From positions 1 to 64,000 of the IMG/VR virus record IMGVR_UViG_3300042399_001709: a stretch of DNA of 64,000 bases, one strand, 5' to 3'. Shown piece after piece: positions 18,346 through 30,600 of this stretch (its first letter is position 1; every line of letters starts with the position of its first letter). The stretch comes from a virus. Both the position numbers and the translations under genes were made by a program. Under the pieces are notes generated by a model. That model made no database searches, had not been told where the DNA came from, and saw only the letters and a list, made by a program, of their open reading frames with translations.

Positions 18346-18608
18346 GCTGGGGGGAGATCGACTGGGGGTCGATCATGGCTTCTTATGCAGATGCCTTTGG
18401 TTATACCCCAGCCGAGTTCATGCAACTTACGCTTCCACAACTTAATGCATACGCAAAGTATGTTGAGAAGCGTGATGAAGCGATGAAGGGCGAAACCAAA
18501 AACACCTCCGGTAAAAATAAGGCGAAATTCGCCGATGGTTCTTCAGGGATGAAAACAGTTGGGTCTCTGGAGCAAATGATTTCGGTCTTCGGAAAGCCGG
18601 GGGCCTAG
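18324..18608 (+). CDS. Frameshift extension of the tail assembly chaperone (gpT-like)
   Basis: -1 frame reads SSGGVSWGEIDWGSIMASYADAFGYTPAEFMQLTLPQL. Confidence 0.8.
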   Translation, partial: GKSSGGVSWGEIDWGSIMASYADAFGYTPAEFMQLTLPQLNAYAKYVEKRDEAMKGETKNTSGKNKAKFADGSSGMKTVGSLEQMISVFGKPGA

Positions 18609-18623
18609 CGGGGGGTAAAGGCA

Positions 18624-21600
18624 GTGGCCGAGATTGATAATGTAGCACGGGTTGGCATATCGCTTGACTCTGCCGCATTCCAGGACGGTGTAGCCCGTAC
18701 GCTCCGCGACATTGACAGGCTTCTCAGCGGCCTTAAGGCCTTGCAGTCTGCGAACAAGCAAATCTCCCTTGCGTCTGGCGGCCTACTCGGCAGCGGATCG
18801 AAGTCCCCCGTTGCCGGATTTGCAAAAGACATTACTCGCACGGCGATACCGGCTCTGCGCGACATGGAACGCAATGCGATCCGTGTCGGCGGGGCCGTTC
18901 GTCGTTCTATGGAGGAAATGTCCCGACTAGCCGCAGCTTCGGAGCGTGTCCAGCGCCAAGCTCAGCGAGTCTCCTCCCCATCCTCCTCAGGCATAGTTCA
19001 AGACGCCAGGATTCGCCGTGGCCAAGAGGCAAGCCTACGAGCCTTGATGGCAAAGGCCGAGCGCCAGGGGTTCCGCATTGAAAAGACCAATGGCGGACAC
19101 TTTGCTGCCTACCCGCCAGACAAGTCTAAGCAGATAGTCTTCTTCCCATCTACCGGAGGCGACCGCAGAAACGTTCAGAACATACGCTCGCAGCTGCGTC
19201 GATCTGGGTATGTTGATGACGTGGAGAGCGATAGGCCTGCCCGAGCACCTAAGCGTGCCGCAACACCAACGCCAGTCCCAACCCAAAGCTTTGTTGACCC
19301 GCGCAGCACTAGTGGAAAAATAGAGGCAAGGTATGTTGTTCGGGCACTTGAGGAGCTTGTTACTTCACGATCCAGCGAATACCCACAGTATCTCCAGCCA
19401 CGTGCCCGTGGTGGCGCTGGCCGAGCTGAAAGCGTTGCCTCTCGCCAGCTCATTGAGGAGATCTCCGGTCGATTTGACCCAACGCAGATTTTCTTTAAAG
19501 GCCCAAACCTTGCAGAGGGAATTGTTGCAACCGTTCGATCTGAGGCAGCTAAGGCTGCATTGGTTCTTTCTGGCAATGCCCGTACGCTTGGCATGCAGCA
19601 ACTTGCTTCCACCCCGGCAGGTCAGAAGCAAATCAATAAAGCAGTTGCGGAGTTTATCACCGCTAACCCGGAGGCACTTGGCGGTACGGCTGGCGTAGCA
19701 AGAGCCCTTAAAGAAGCTTTAAAGATCAAAGAGTCTGGCAGGACTCCAGTTATAACGCGAGAGCTTGTAACAAGCCTTGAAGGCCTTGGCCCACGCGAGG
19801 GCGCACGCCTTGGCCACATGCTTAACACTGGTACCGGCATGACCGAAGCAGAAACGGCGCAGGCGATTGCTAGGACTATCGCGCGTATCCCTGGCGGCTT
19901 TGAGCGCGGAAACGTTGGCGCCACAATTCGCAAAGGTGGACCAGCCGTTGAGGAGCTAAAGAAGCTCGTTCTTGCCGAGCTTCCAACGTCGGAGATACGT
20001 GCAAAATACCAAACCAAGAAGGGGGAAACCTCTAGCCCAGCGATAAATACGCTCATGGAGAGGGTGCTGCTCTCTACGGCATTTGGCAACAACGCCGCAA
20101 CCGAAAGTATGATTGGCAAGATTCTGGAAGGTGAGCGCGGCGGCATTCCAGCGCCGCTACTAAGAGAACTTCACAAGGCGGTTGGGCCACAGCTGCAACT
20201 TCGAGGCAGGATTGGGGCTGGAGAGATCCCAGCCGGAATGGACCCGATTTACAATGCGCTCCCAGAGGCAATTGAGCTGATCAATGCTGCCCAGGCGGTG
20301 GCCGGGGGCGCAAAGAGGATGGGAAAGGTTGCTGGCAATCTTGCAGAAGCTAGAAAACTTATTTCCGCGCAAACAGCTGCCTTTGGAGAGCCGTCCGCCC
20401 AAGGCGTTGAGCTTGCCTCAAGCATTCTTGCAGCTGGCCGGGGCCTTCCTGCATTCTTTGCCGGCCTTTCTACCTATGGCGGACGCGCAACGTCTGCAAC
20501 CCAAGGCGGCATGGGGCTTGACCCAAGCGCAATCACAGCAGACCCACGTGTCGCATTGCAGATTGCACAAGAGGCAGCCGCCACCATGCTTGCCGGACTC
20601 AAGTCCGGCTCGAGCAAGGGCGCTAAGGGCGTTGAGCGTCTTATCCAAGAGGCCGTTGAGGGCGCAATCCAGGCTTCTGCAGCCCGAGACCCTGGATATC
20701 TTGGCTCAGCGCCTCCAGCTTCTAGCGGCGGCGGCGGATCTGGCGGAGGGAAAAAGCCACCGCGCAGTAGCAGGGGAAATATGGAAGACCCTCCAGAGGA
20801 GGAGCCAGAAGAGCCTATTGCAATGCGCCGCCCAGAAAGCTCGCGCGCCTATCGCCTTAATGAGCGAGCCGTCGGCACTGCTCGCGGCTCAGCAAAGGCC
20901 CGAGCAGGCGGATATCTTCCATATGAAGAGTCTAGCCCCGCCCGCCAGGCGCAGCTAAATACAAACCTAACCCGGGGATATTTAAAGCTTACCGAGGGTC
21001 TTATCAGGGTTTCTGAGCAGGGAAGCCATCCCTTGGGGGCAACGCATATTGAGGGCATGCTTAAAGAGCTTAATAACGCATACTCCCTTATGGGCTCTCG
21101 CGGGCTGCAGGTTCCAGAACTTTCCCAACACATGGCGATTGTCAGCAGCGTTCTAAAGAAACTTGGGATTGATCCTGAAACTGTTCCAAATTCAGTTTCT
21201 GGCGCGGCCATACCAGGGTCGGCTGCCGTCACAACAGCCGCCACAACGGCGGCCACAACGGCGGCCACAACGGCGGCCACAACGGCGGCCACAACGTCGG
21301 CAACATCCGCTGCGACCACCGCTGCAAATCAAGTAGCGACAGCAACGGCTGCCACAACGGCTGCTGCAATTGTTGCCAAAACACCTGCAATGCAGCGCTT
21401 TGAGCGCCTTATGCTCGGTCGTAGCGTCGCCATTGGGCCGCGCACCGCCAACACAAAGTTTATGACAGAGGCCGTTGAAGGCGTACTGCCAGGTATCACC
21501 GAGGCGTTTAAGCCCTTCCTGGAAAAGAACTTTGCATCTCAGATTTTGCAACACTTTAAGGCGTCGTTCCGTGGGCTACCTGGCGAGAGTGAAGGTTTGC

Positions 21601-24600
21601 AGGGGCAGACAAGCACCGGAGCATCTTCCGGGTTCCTGGAGATTGGGAACCTAAACCGAGGCTCGGGAGCCATTCTTCGTACTGCAATCCATGAAATTGC
21701 GCACGGTGCATTTGAGCGGATGAGAGAAGGTGGTTATCAAACGCCGGCCACGACAATGCATTACGGGCCAAAGGGAGAAAAACTTGGAGAAAAGAGCCCG
21801 GCGACAATTCTTGCTGCTGAAGGTGGCAGAGGAATTAGCCATGCTGACCCAATGTTCTACCAACTCCAGGCAGAGATTTCAAAAAGAACCGGTGGCCTCC
21901 TTGCCAATCTTGCATTCCACCAATATGCCCAATCGCGGCCGCAAGGCTTCAATACCCCCGGGCTTGGCGTTGGCATTGCCGCAGCGCAACTCACACCACA
22001 TCTTCAAGAGCTAGCATTTAAAACTAAGCCCTCGCTTGTCTCCGCCTCAACCCTCTTTACTGAGTTTGCTACCAAGATTCATGAAACCGCAGCAAAGGTG
22101 CAGGGTGGTGGGGCTCCAATCCAAGAGCTGCTTGCCCAAGTTTCGGCAGGAATTGGAGAGCTTGGCAAGTCTTCCAAGATGTTCCCAAAGACCTCGTTCC
22201 TTGAGATTGCTTCTATCCTTTCTGAAACCATCCGATCATACGGAGAGGGCGGCATTCGGTCTGGGGCTGCCAAGCAATTCCAGGGCCTTAACATGCCGTT
22301 TGAACAGGCCCTGCAGCGTGCGTTTATCCAGGCTACCGGCTCGCTGCTCAAGCCAGGAAGCGAGCTTCGTGGCATAACTGGTATCTCCAATCGAACACCG
22401 GAAATGATGGCCGCGTTCATGGCCAACGCATCAGAGGCCGAGAAGCAGGCTGTTGCCATGGCCATCAACCCAGAAGCATTTGAAAAGATTATCAAGGGGC
22501 AAAAGCCCGGAGTAGCCGCAGATGATCCCGGGGTTCAGCAGCAGCTCAACGAGCTTACAAAGACCATCCTTCAGGCTACCGTTTCACAGATCAATGCCGA
22601 AATTGCCCAAAGTGGCGCGCTAGTACAGAAGGGCAGTCTCGTTGGCATGCCACTGCCAATAACCCGCCGTGGCGGTTTCTTGCCTGCCGGTGCCTACCCA
22701 AATGAATCTGGCCCTCAGTTCCGCCTGCCAGGCGGTGAGCCTGTGTACAACATTCCACCTGGAGGTTCACTTGTGCCGCTCAGCGGCCAACCTATTGATT
22801 TTGTTGAGAGGGCTCGCCAAGAAGCCGAGGCTCGTGCGGCCCGAATGCGAACTGCATCAGCGTACGGGCGCAGTATATTCGAGCGTTTTATCCCAGGTGT
22901 TGGGCAATACCGAGAGGCCCAAATAGAGTACGGCGGCCAGGCATTACGCTCTGCAGAAACCAAGCAGCAAGCGGTTGCGGAGTTCCAAAATAATGCCAAG
23001 GCGGCAGAGGCAGCCAGAGCCGCCAACAGCCGACTTAATCTTGTCATCCAAGATGGTCGCGTTCAATTTGGTCAGCTAGCAAATGTTTTGACCCAGGCAA
23101 ATACCGGATTGACACAATCCGTAACCGGCGTTCTTTCGCTTGGTCTTTCGTTTGCCATTGGCCAGCAGGCAATCTTTGCCTTTGCCGGCGGAATCCAACA
23201 CCTCATGGGCGGCATCATTGGCTTTAACGCCATGCTTGAGTCCGCCGGAGTTGGATTTAATACACTTTTCAAGAATGCAGGACGCAGCGTAAGGGAAGCA
23301 CAGCGGGAAACAGAATCAACAATTCAAACCCTTAAAGACTTTGCCAACGTCACAAACTTCAGGTTCGGTGACCTTGAGGTTGCAGCCGTCCGCATGCAAG
23401 CATTCGGCTTCGAGGTTGACTCAGTCAAGGCAAAAGCGCAAGGGCAAATGCCGATTCTTGAGGCATTTACAAATCCATACTCAACAAACGGTCTTAAGGA
23501 GTTCCGTGGAGCGCTTGTAAACATTGGAGATGCCGTTGCGGCACTCGGTGCCGAAGACGATAAGCTCCGCCGAGTAACGTACGCACTCGGACAAATGAAC
23601 TCTGCTGGACGCGTCTATCAAAACGACATGATGCAGCTGGCAAACGCTGGTATCGCCGGATATGAAATTCTTGCTAACGCTTTGCTTGCGGAGCTTGAGC
23701 GAACTGGGCAAACCGCTAGCGCAACATACAAGAAACTGCTAAACCCACAGTCCGCCATCGAAGAAATCCGCCGCCTTGCTCGCATCGGCGCCCTTTCCGG
23801 CCCCGGCGGCGTTCAGGCGATCCTGCAGGGGTTGGAGGCAAAATACGGCGGTGGAATGAAGGCATTCTCCAGAACCTTCCAAGGAGCAATGACCACGGTT
23901 GCGGATACGTCCCAGTCGCTTGTTGCAACAGCGTTTAATCCACTGTTCTCGGTTATGCGAGACCTTCTTGCTGGAACAAAGGCTCAAGAGTTTAACGACG
24001 GCCTTGCAACATTCCTCCAGGGCGAAGAGGCAATAAAAGCATCTCAACTATTCGCACGTTCAGTTAAAACTGTTGCGGAGGCAATCCGATCTGGCCTCCC
24101 AGAGGGGCTTAGTGTCGCCGGCGGCTTTATGGATGCCGTGCTTAAGACACTTGGGGGCATCGGCGGCGCAGTAACGGCCAGCGGGGGTCCTCTAAACGCA
24201 TTTATTACCTCCTCGGTTTCTGGATTTAAGGCAATGGCCGAGATCCTCTCTAATGATGTTATCCGCAAGCTTGGCGCATCGATTATTGTTGCCAGGGCCC
24301 TGTTTGGATTTATCAGTAGCAACCCGCTTGTAGCAACTCTTGGAGCCAGCACGGCCCTTGTTGGGTTCCTTGCTAACGCCTATGAAAATAACCAGTACGG
24401 CGTTCGCTCTGCTTTTGACCGAGCTGCCCCGGGCATCCTTAGCTCAGCGGATTCAATCGCCAATTCGGTAATCCCAGGAGTCTCATCAGCCGCAGCCGCA
24501 TCAATCGGGACGCTTGCCGCTACAATTGCCTCGGCACTTTCCACCGCAATGCCAGTCATTGACGGAATCTTGGCCCTCTTTGCTGGGATAATGAAGGTTA

Positions 24601-27600
24601 TTGAGCCTCTTGCTCCGCTCTTTGGTGTGCTCTTTGCTGGATTCGTCGGCGGAAAACTTCTGGTTGATGGCCTTGCCCTTGCAATGACAAAGTTTGCAAG
24701 CGCTACTGCCAGGTCCGCAGAAAAAATGGAAAAACTCAAAATCAGCATGTTTGCATTCAAGGCCCTTGGTGCCGTAGAAAGCTATGGCCTGGAGCGTCTT
24801 GTTCCTATCCAAAGGCAAGACCAAGACGGGAACCTTGTCGCATCTGGATTCGGCGTTGACGATACGCCGGGAAAAACCATCACATCTCCGGCGCTTGTGC
24901 GCGCCATTGCATTCATAGAAGCCCTGGGGGCCTCTAAGGGTGGTCGAGAATTTATTGCGCCATCCGGCGGGGTAGATTCAGTTCTCAATACTGGCGTTGA
25001 CATAGATTACGCAGCTCAACGATTGGCGGAACTAAAGAAATACAGCATAGACGACCCAAAGGGATACAATGACTTCCTGGACAGCGTAGGCGCTAGCGAG
25101 CGCGCGCAAATTGAGCAAGCACTTGCCGCAGGACTAGAAAGCGTTACCAACAGAGTTAGGGGTTTTGGAGAAAGACTTTCCGCAGCAAGCGGAAAGCTCG
25201 CTAAGCTCGGCATTATTATTGATGCAGTTAAGTCTCGCATGGGCATGCTGGGCGGAATCCTAAGCGGTTTGGGCATGTTCGGCAGCATTGCCTCTAACCT
25301 TCTCGGTCTTGACGAGAGCATTTCTACTGTCTTTAACAATATGATGATGGTTGGAATAGCAATAGAGTCCTTGCACGGCGCTTTCATTGCTCTTACTGCA
25401 GCCACAAACGCGCAGATCGCAGCGCTTACCTTTGGTATTGCTGGTGCGGTCATGGCGTTGGCCTTCCTTACTGGAGAGCTTTCAAAGGCAGCGCAAGCGG
25501 CATTTAACAGTAACCCAATTAACACAAGGGCAAAAGTTGTTACCGACACAAGGACCCGCCTTGAGGGCCAGGTTGGAAAAGACAAGGCAAAGGAGATGTT
25601 CCCGGAGCTCTATGCCGAAGAGCGCGGAGTCCTTGATGACCTTGAAACGTGGTTCAGGCGCACAGTTGCCCTCATGGGAGCAAACGCTGACCCTCAGGGC
25701 GCTGCTGCCAGATACGACACGCAACTTAACAGAGAATTGGTTGCGGACAACGATCCATCACGAGCTCAGCAATGGCTCCGAGACAACCCTGCGTGGTCCA
25801 TGTCCACAACTGGCATTATGGGCCAACTGGAACAAGTGCAGCAAGACAAGATCAAGCAAATGCTTCGAGAGGGGTTCTCGCCTGACGAAGTAGCAAAAAC
25901 TATGAACTTGGATCAGGCATATGTTGAAGAGCTCTATGCAAAGTGGTATGGCGCTGGCGATGCCGAGGCAACAAAGTACATCAGCCTGCTTACCAAAGCC
26001 CTAGACGCCACCGGAGAGCTCCTGCAGCAGGCGCAAGAGGCAATGCAGAAGGCAATGGAAGCCTTCCAGACACCGCTCAATCGCCTCATGTCCCGAGCAC
26101 AAGTCGCCATCCAGGCACTGTTTGAAGAAGAAAAGAAGCAGCTCGAAAACGAGCGAATGAATGCTCTTGCAAACGTAGAGGTTCTCTACAACGGTGAAAT
26201 GATCCGCCTTGGCGTCCTTGAGCAGCAGTACGAGGCGTTGCAAGAGCAAGCAAAGCAGATGGAAAAGCTGCAGCAGCTTGAAGAGTCTAGGACCAAGGCA
26301 TCAGAGGCCGCCCTTGACATGTTTGATGCTAGCGTTGATCCGCTGGAGCGCGCCCGCGCCGCGCGAGACGCCGCACGTGAGCTATTCAAAGATGAGCAGC
26401 GCGCACGTCTTGACTCAATGGGGGCCGCCATCCAGTCCGGCAAGACCAGCTCTGCATACGTTGGGACTACCCAATTCTACGACGAGAAGGCCAGGGCGCT
26501 TGAGCTCGATCAGGCAGAGCGCAGCCGCGTCATGCAGGAGCGCATTGACGACCTGCTTAAGAAGATCCAGGAAGGAAAGATCAGCAAGTCCAAGGCATCT
26601 ACCGAGCTTAAGGACATCTTTGGCGACGTTGGCCTTGACCTAGAGGTTGCTTCTGCCCAAGGTTACTCCTTCATGGAATCGTTCTCCTCTGGCTTCATGG
26701 CTGCGTTGCAGGCAAACATTAACTCGACCTTTGCCGCCCTTCCTAAGGCCATTACTGCCGCCCTAAACGTCCTGTCGCAATCTGCTGCGTACAAGAAGGC
26801 ACAAGACGCGCTGAACGCCATCATGAACCCAGACTCGGAAACAAGAACCATCAAGGGTCAGACCATGGTGGACTTGCTTAAGGCACGTATTTCTGATGCT
26901 AAGAACCTTCAAACAAAGCTCCGCGAATACTATGCCCTGGTTAAGCCAGAGGTTGGCGGAAACGACCCAGAGCGGGTAAAGCGCTTTAACCAAATTGGCC
27001 AATTCCTTGCGCAGCTCGAGCGCATGCAGAATGTCTATACCCCGGGCGGCAAGTACACGAGCGGCCAATACGACGATTTGAATACTGGGTTTATGGAGCA
27101 GTTCCAGACCCTCCTTCAAATGGTTATGGCTGGTCTCTCTGGCTATAACCCAGACAGGAATAGGGCTATGGGCGGGTCCCTCTCAAGCGCCACCAGCTAT
27201 ATGGTTGGCGAGCGCGGACCAGAGATGCTTACCATGTTCCAGCGTGGTGGTGGGTACGTCACCCCGAACCACAAGCTCCCACCGGCCCTTAAGTCGTCCG
27301 CTGGCGCCTTGCGAGCCGGCACATACGGACGCGCGGTTGGTGGCTATGTTGGATGGGGCAAAGGCATCATGCCTCAAGACAGCACCGGAGATCCAACGCC
27401 AGGACCAACGCCGGAGCCATCATGGGAGCCAACCCCGACACCAACACCGACGCCAACTCCTACCGGAACGCCATCCCCGACCCCGACACCAACACCCGGT
27501 CCAACGCCAACAACCGGCGGCGATCCGTGGGGGCTGTTCCCGTTTAATTTTAGGATGTATACCAAGTGGATCAACTCGGTCATTCCACTTGGCGGCATTG

Positions 27601-30600
27601 GTCGAATCTACGGCGGACCAAATGGCGAGTTCACTGGCTATAACAGGGGCACAACGACTCCGTTTGAGGAAGATGACGCCTTTGCCGTAGTCAAGCGCCC
27701 AAGCTGGTGGGACCGATTTAAGAACGATATTGGCGTTCGGAAGATTGCCCCATTCAATTGGGAGGGTCCTGGAAATATTAAAACATGGTCGCCGAAGAGC
27801 GGCTTTGTTCCGGGCATAAAGGTTGAAGGCCCTGATGGAAAGATAAAACTTAAGCCTGGCAACGCTATAAGTAAGAGCGCCGCAAACGTTATGGCCCAGG
27901 CGTTTAGGGGTACCGCCATCCTCAGTACAGGCATGAGTTTCTTTGACATTTTGGGCGCTAGCGAGCGCGGAGAGTCTCCAGCTCGTGCCTGGGTGCGCAA
28001 TATTGCCATGAATGTTGGCGCACTTGCCATGGCAGTTCCAAATGTTGCAGGAGTAGTAGCCAGCGGCGGAATGGCAACCGCAGGAATGTTTGCTGCAAAT
28101 GCGGCGGTTGCCACTGCCCTAGACGCGATTTCTGGCAGTGTCTATGACCTCCTCTTTGGCAACGTCTGGGATGGAAAGCAAACACAGCAGTCTATTGATA
28201 TGGGCCAAGAGAGGTCTTTGGGCTTCTTTGGCGACATCTTTAATTACAATAAGGGCTTCAACCCTGCTCCGAAGCCAAGTCTAACACCAGGAAACGAGCT
28301 TCTGAATTTGCCAAGCCCAACCGCAATGCCAAAGATTCGCTTTGGTGGCGGTCGAGCTGATGGCGGACCGGTTGACGTTGGCCGTGGTTACGACGGTAGG
28401 ATCACGTACCTTGAGGAATATACCGACCCGGCCACTAGATTTATCCATCAGGTTCTTCAGGGCGGCCAAAGCAACAGCAACCTAGCTCGTTTTGACTTTA
28501 TTGAAACTTTAAGCGCGCTTTATGGGGCTGGCTTGAAAACCATTATGCCTGGGCCAGATCTTGCTGACGCGTTGGCCAGGCTTGCTGGCTCTGGAAAACT
28601 TCCAGGGCCGCTTGCGGCATTTGCAAGCGACATGTTTGGGCTGTCTCAGCTTTCTAACGTCACAGCAAAAATGGGCTTGCGAGATACCTACGAGCTTGAC
28701 CCTGGCCTTGATATTGTCAAGCGTGGAATCTGGGGCCGGGGAAGCAGGCCGTTGTCCACTAGCGTTGTGCGCTCGGTTGCTGGTGGCCTTGCAGGTGATT
28801 ATGAGCACCTAGGGGGCATCCTAAGCCAACAACGCGGAAACTCATCTGGAGATGCAACAGGCTTGATGAGCATGGGCGGGGCAGGGGCTCCTATCTCCCT
28901 GGTCACCCGGGCTGGGTATAAGCCGCCCAATGTCACCACTTCATTCAATGACTTCCTGTCCGGCGATTATCACTTCCCATACTTTGCAACTGATCCGGAT
29001 TCATTCCCCGACGGAAAGCGCGGCCTAAGCCTTTCCGGAACGCTTCCACAGGGCGGAGCGGGGGCAAGCAGGCTTTCAGAGTTCCAAATTCCTGGCGGCA
29101 TTCCAATTGATCAGATTGAGGCAATTTTTGGCCTAAACACCATGGTCGAAGAAGAGACTGTCCTCAGCAAACCAATTGGCAGGGAGACAACAGGTATCTT
29201 CCGCCGACCAATGAATGACGCCGAGTTTAAGGCTCGAGCAGCCTTGCTTGCCGAAATGGGCTTTACTGACCTTGGAAATCACGCTGTTGCTACCGACGTC
29301 CTTAACCAACAAATTGCCGAGTGGAGAAGCTCAACCAGCGCAGATGCAGTTGACCCGGAGACCCTTGCAAAAGCAAAAGCGGAGCTTATTCGCCAGAAAG
29401 AAATGGGCCGAATCATTGGCACAGAAGATGGCTCAGTAAACCGACACGCGCAAGCAAACTCCCTCCTCCGCGCAGGGGTGTTCACAAGCATTGACGAGGC
29501 CGCGCTCTACGCTGCCACCGCTGATCAGCACTTTAAGAGGGTAGCCGCTAGAAAGGTTGATGCCGAGGCCCAGCGAAGAAGTGCTGCCAGAACAGTTCCG
29601 AGGAACCTCTCATTTGACGAGAAGCTTGCACAAATCCGCGAACAACTCCTCTTTACGCAGCCAGAACTCTTCCCTGAACTTGGGCCCGTAGACGCCCCAG
29701 CGCTCAAAATGCTACTGGATGATGCGCCGGCAATTCCAAAGGCTGTGGGTGAGCAGCTTGACCTTTTCAAATTAAAGTCGGGTAGCGGATTTGACGTGGA
29801 GGATATTGAAGGGGGTCGACGTGATTCTGTTCGGATGAGGCCGGGCGAAGGTTTGCGTGGCCGCCCAGTTCGAACCGGAACAATCTTAAGGCAACCATCA
29901 ACATTCCTTGGAAAGATTTTACACAATCTAGGAGTTTTTGGTAACGCAGGCAGTACAGAGGTTGAGAACCTTGGAGCCGGCCCAAGGCGCGTGGCAATGG
30001 GCAAAGATTTCCCTGGATACCTAGCAGATACTATTAGTTTTGACTGGGGAGATCTGCGAATACCACATGATTATATGGATTATGCAGACATGGGCTCCAT
30101 TGATGCAATATCCAGCTCTGCTCGTCTAGCGTTGGCCGCCGCACCATTTGGCATGTTTGACCCTTCTGATCCAAGCAAGCGCCTACTGATTGATATCGTA
30201 GATCAAATCGGTGGAGAACCTTTTGCGGGAAGGGTTACCCGCTCAGATAGCAATTATGTACAGTTGCGTAGGAGCGATCTAAAAGGCGGCGCGCCGGAAA
30301 CACTTATTCATGAGATTGGTCATCTTATGCATAATAAAGCATTTGGCCCTCTTAAAGTCCTACGCTCTCTTGTTGATCCCGAAGCTCGTAACCTTTTTTC
30401 TTCAAAATATAAAAAAGTGCTGGGCATTTATGAACATAAGAAAAATCCAGATTACGATGATCAGGGAAGGCCAAGGCATCACCCGGATTATAATCCTAAG
30501 CCATACACGATTAAAGACACATTGTTTGGTCATGTAAGTGCCCTAAAATACGCTTTCTATGAAACTCAAAACCATTTGCAGAATGCGCAACTTATTCGAG

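Noticed and set aside
25090-27970. Short repeat GGCGCTAGCGAGCGCG present twice in the TMP
   Set aside because: Only about 16 nt, encoding GASER, with no flanking similarity or clear boundary role.
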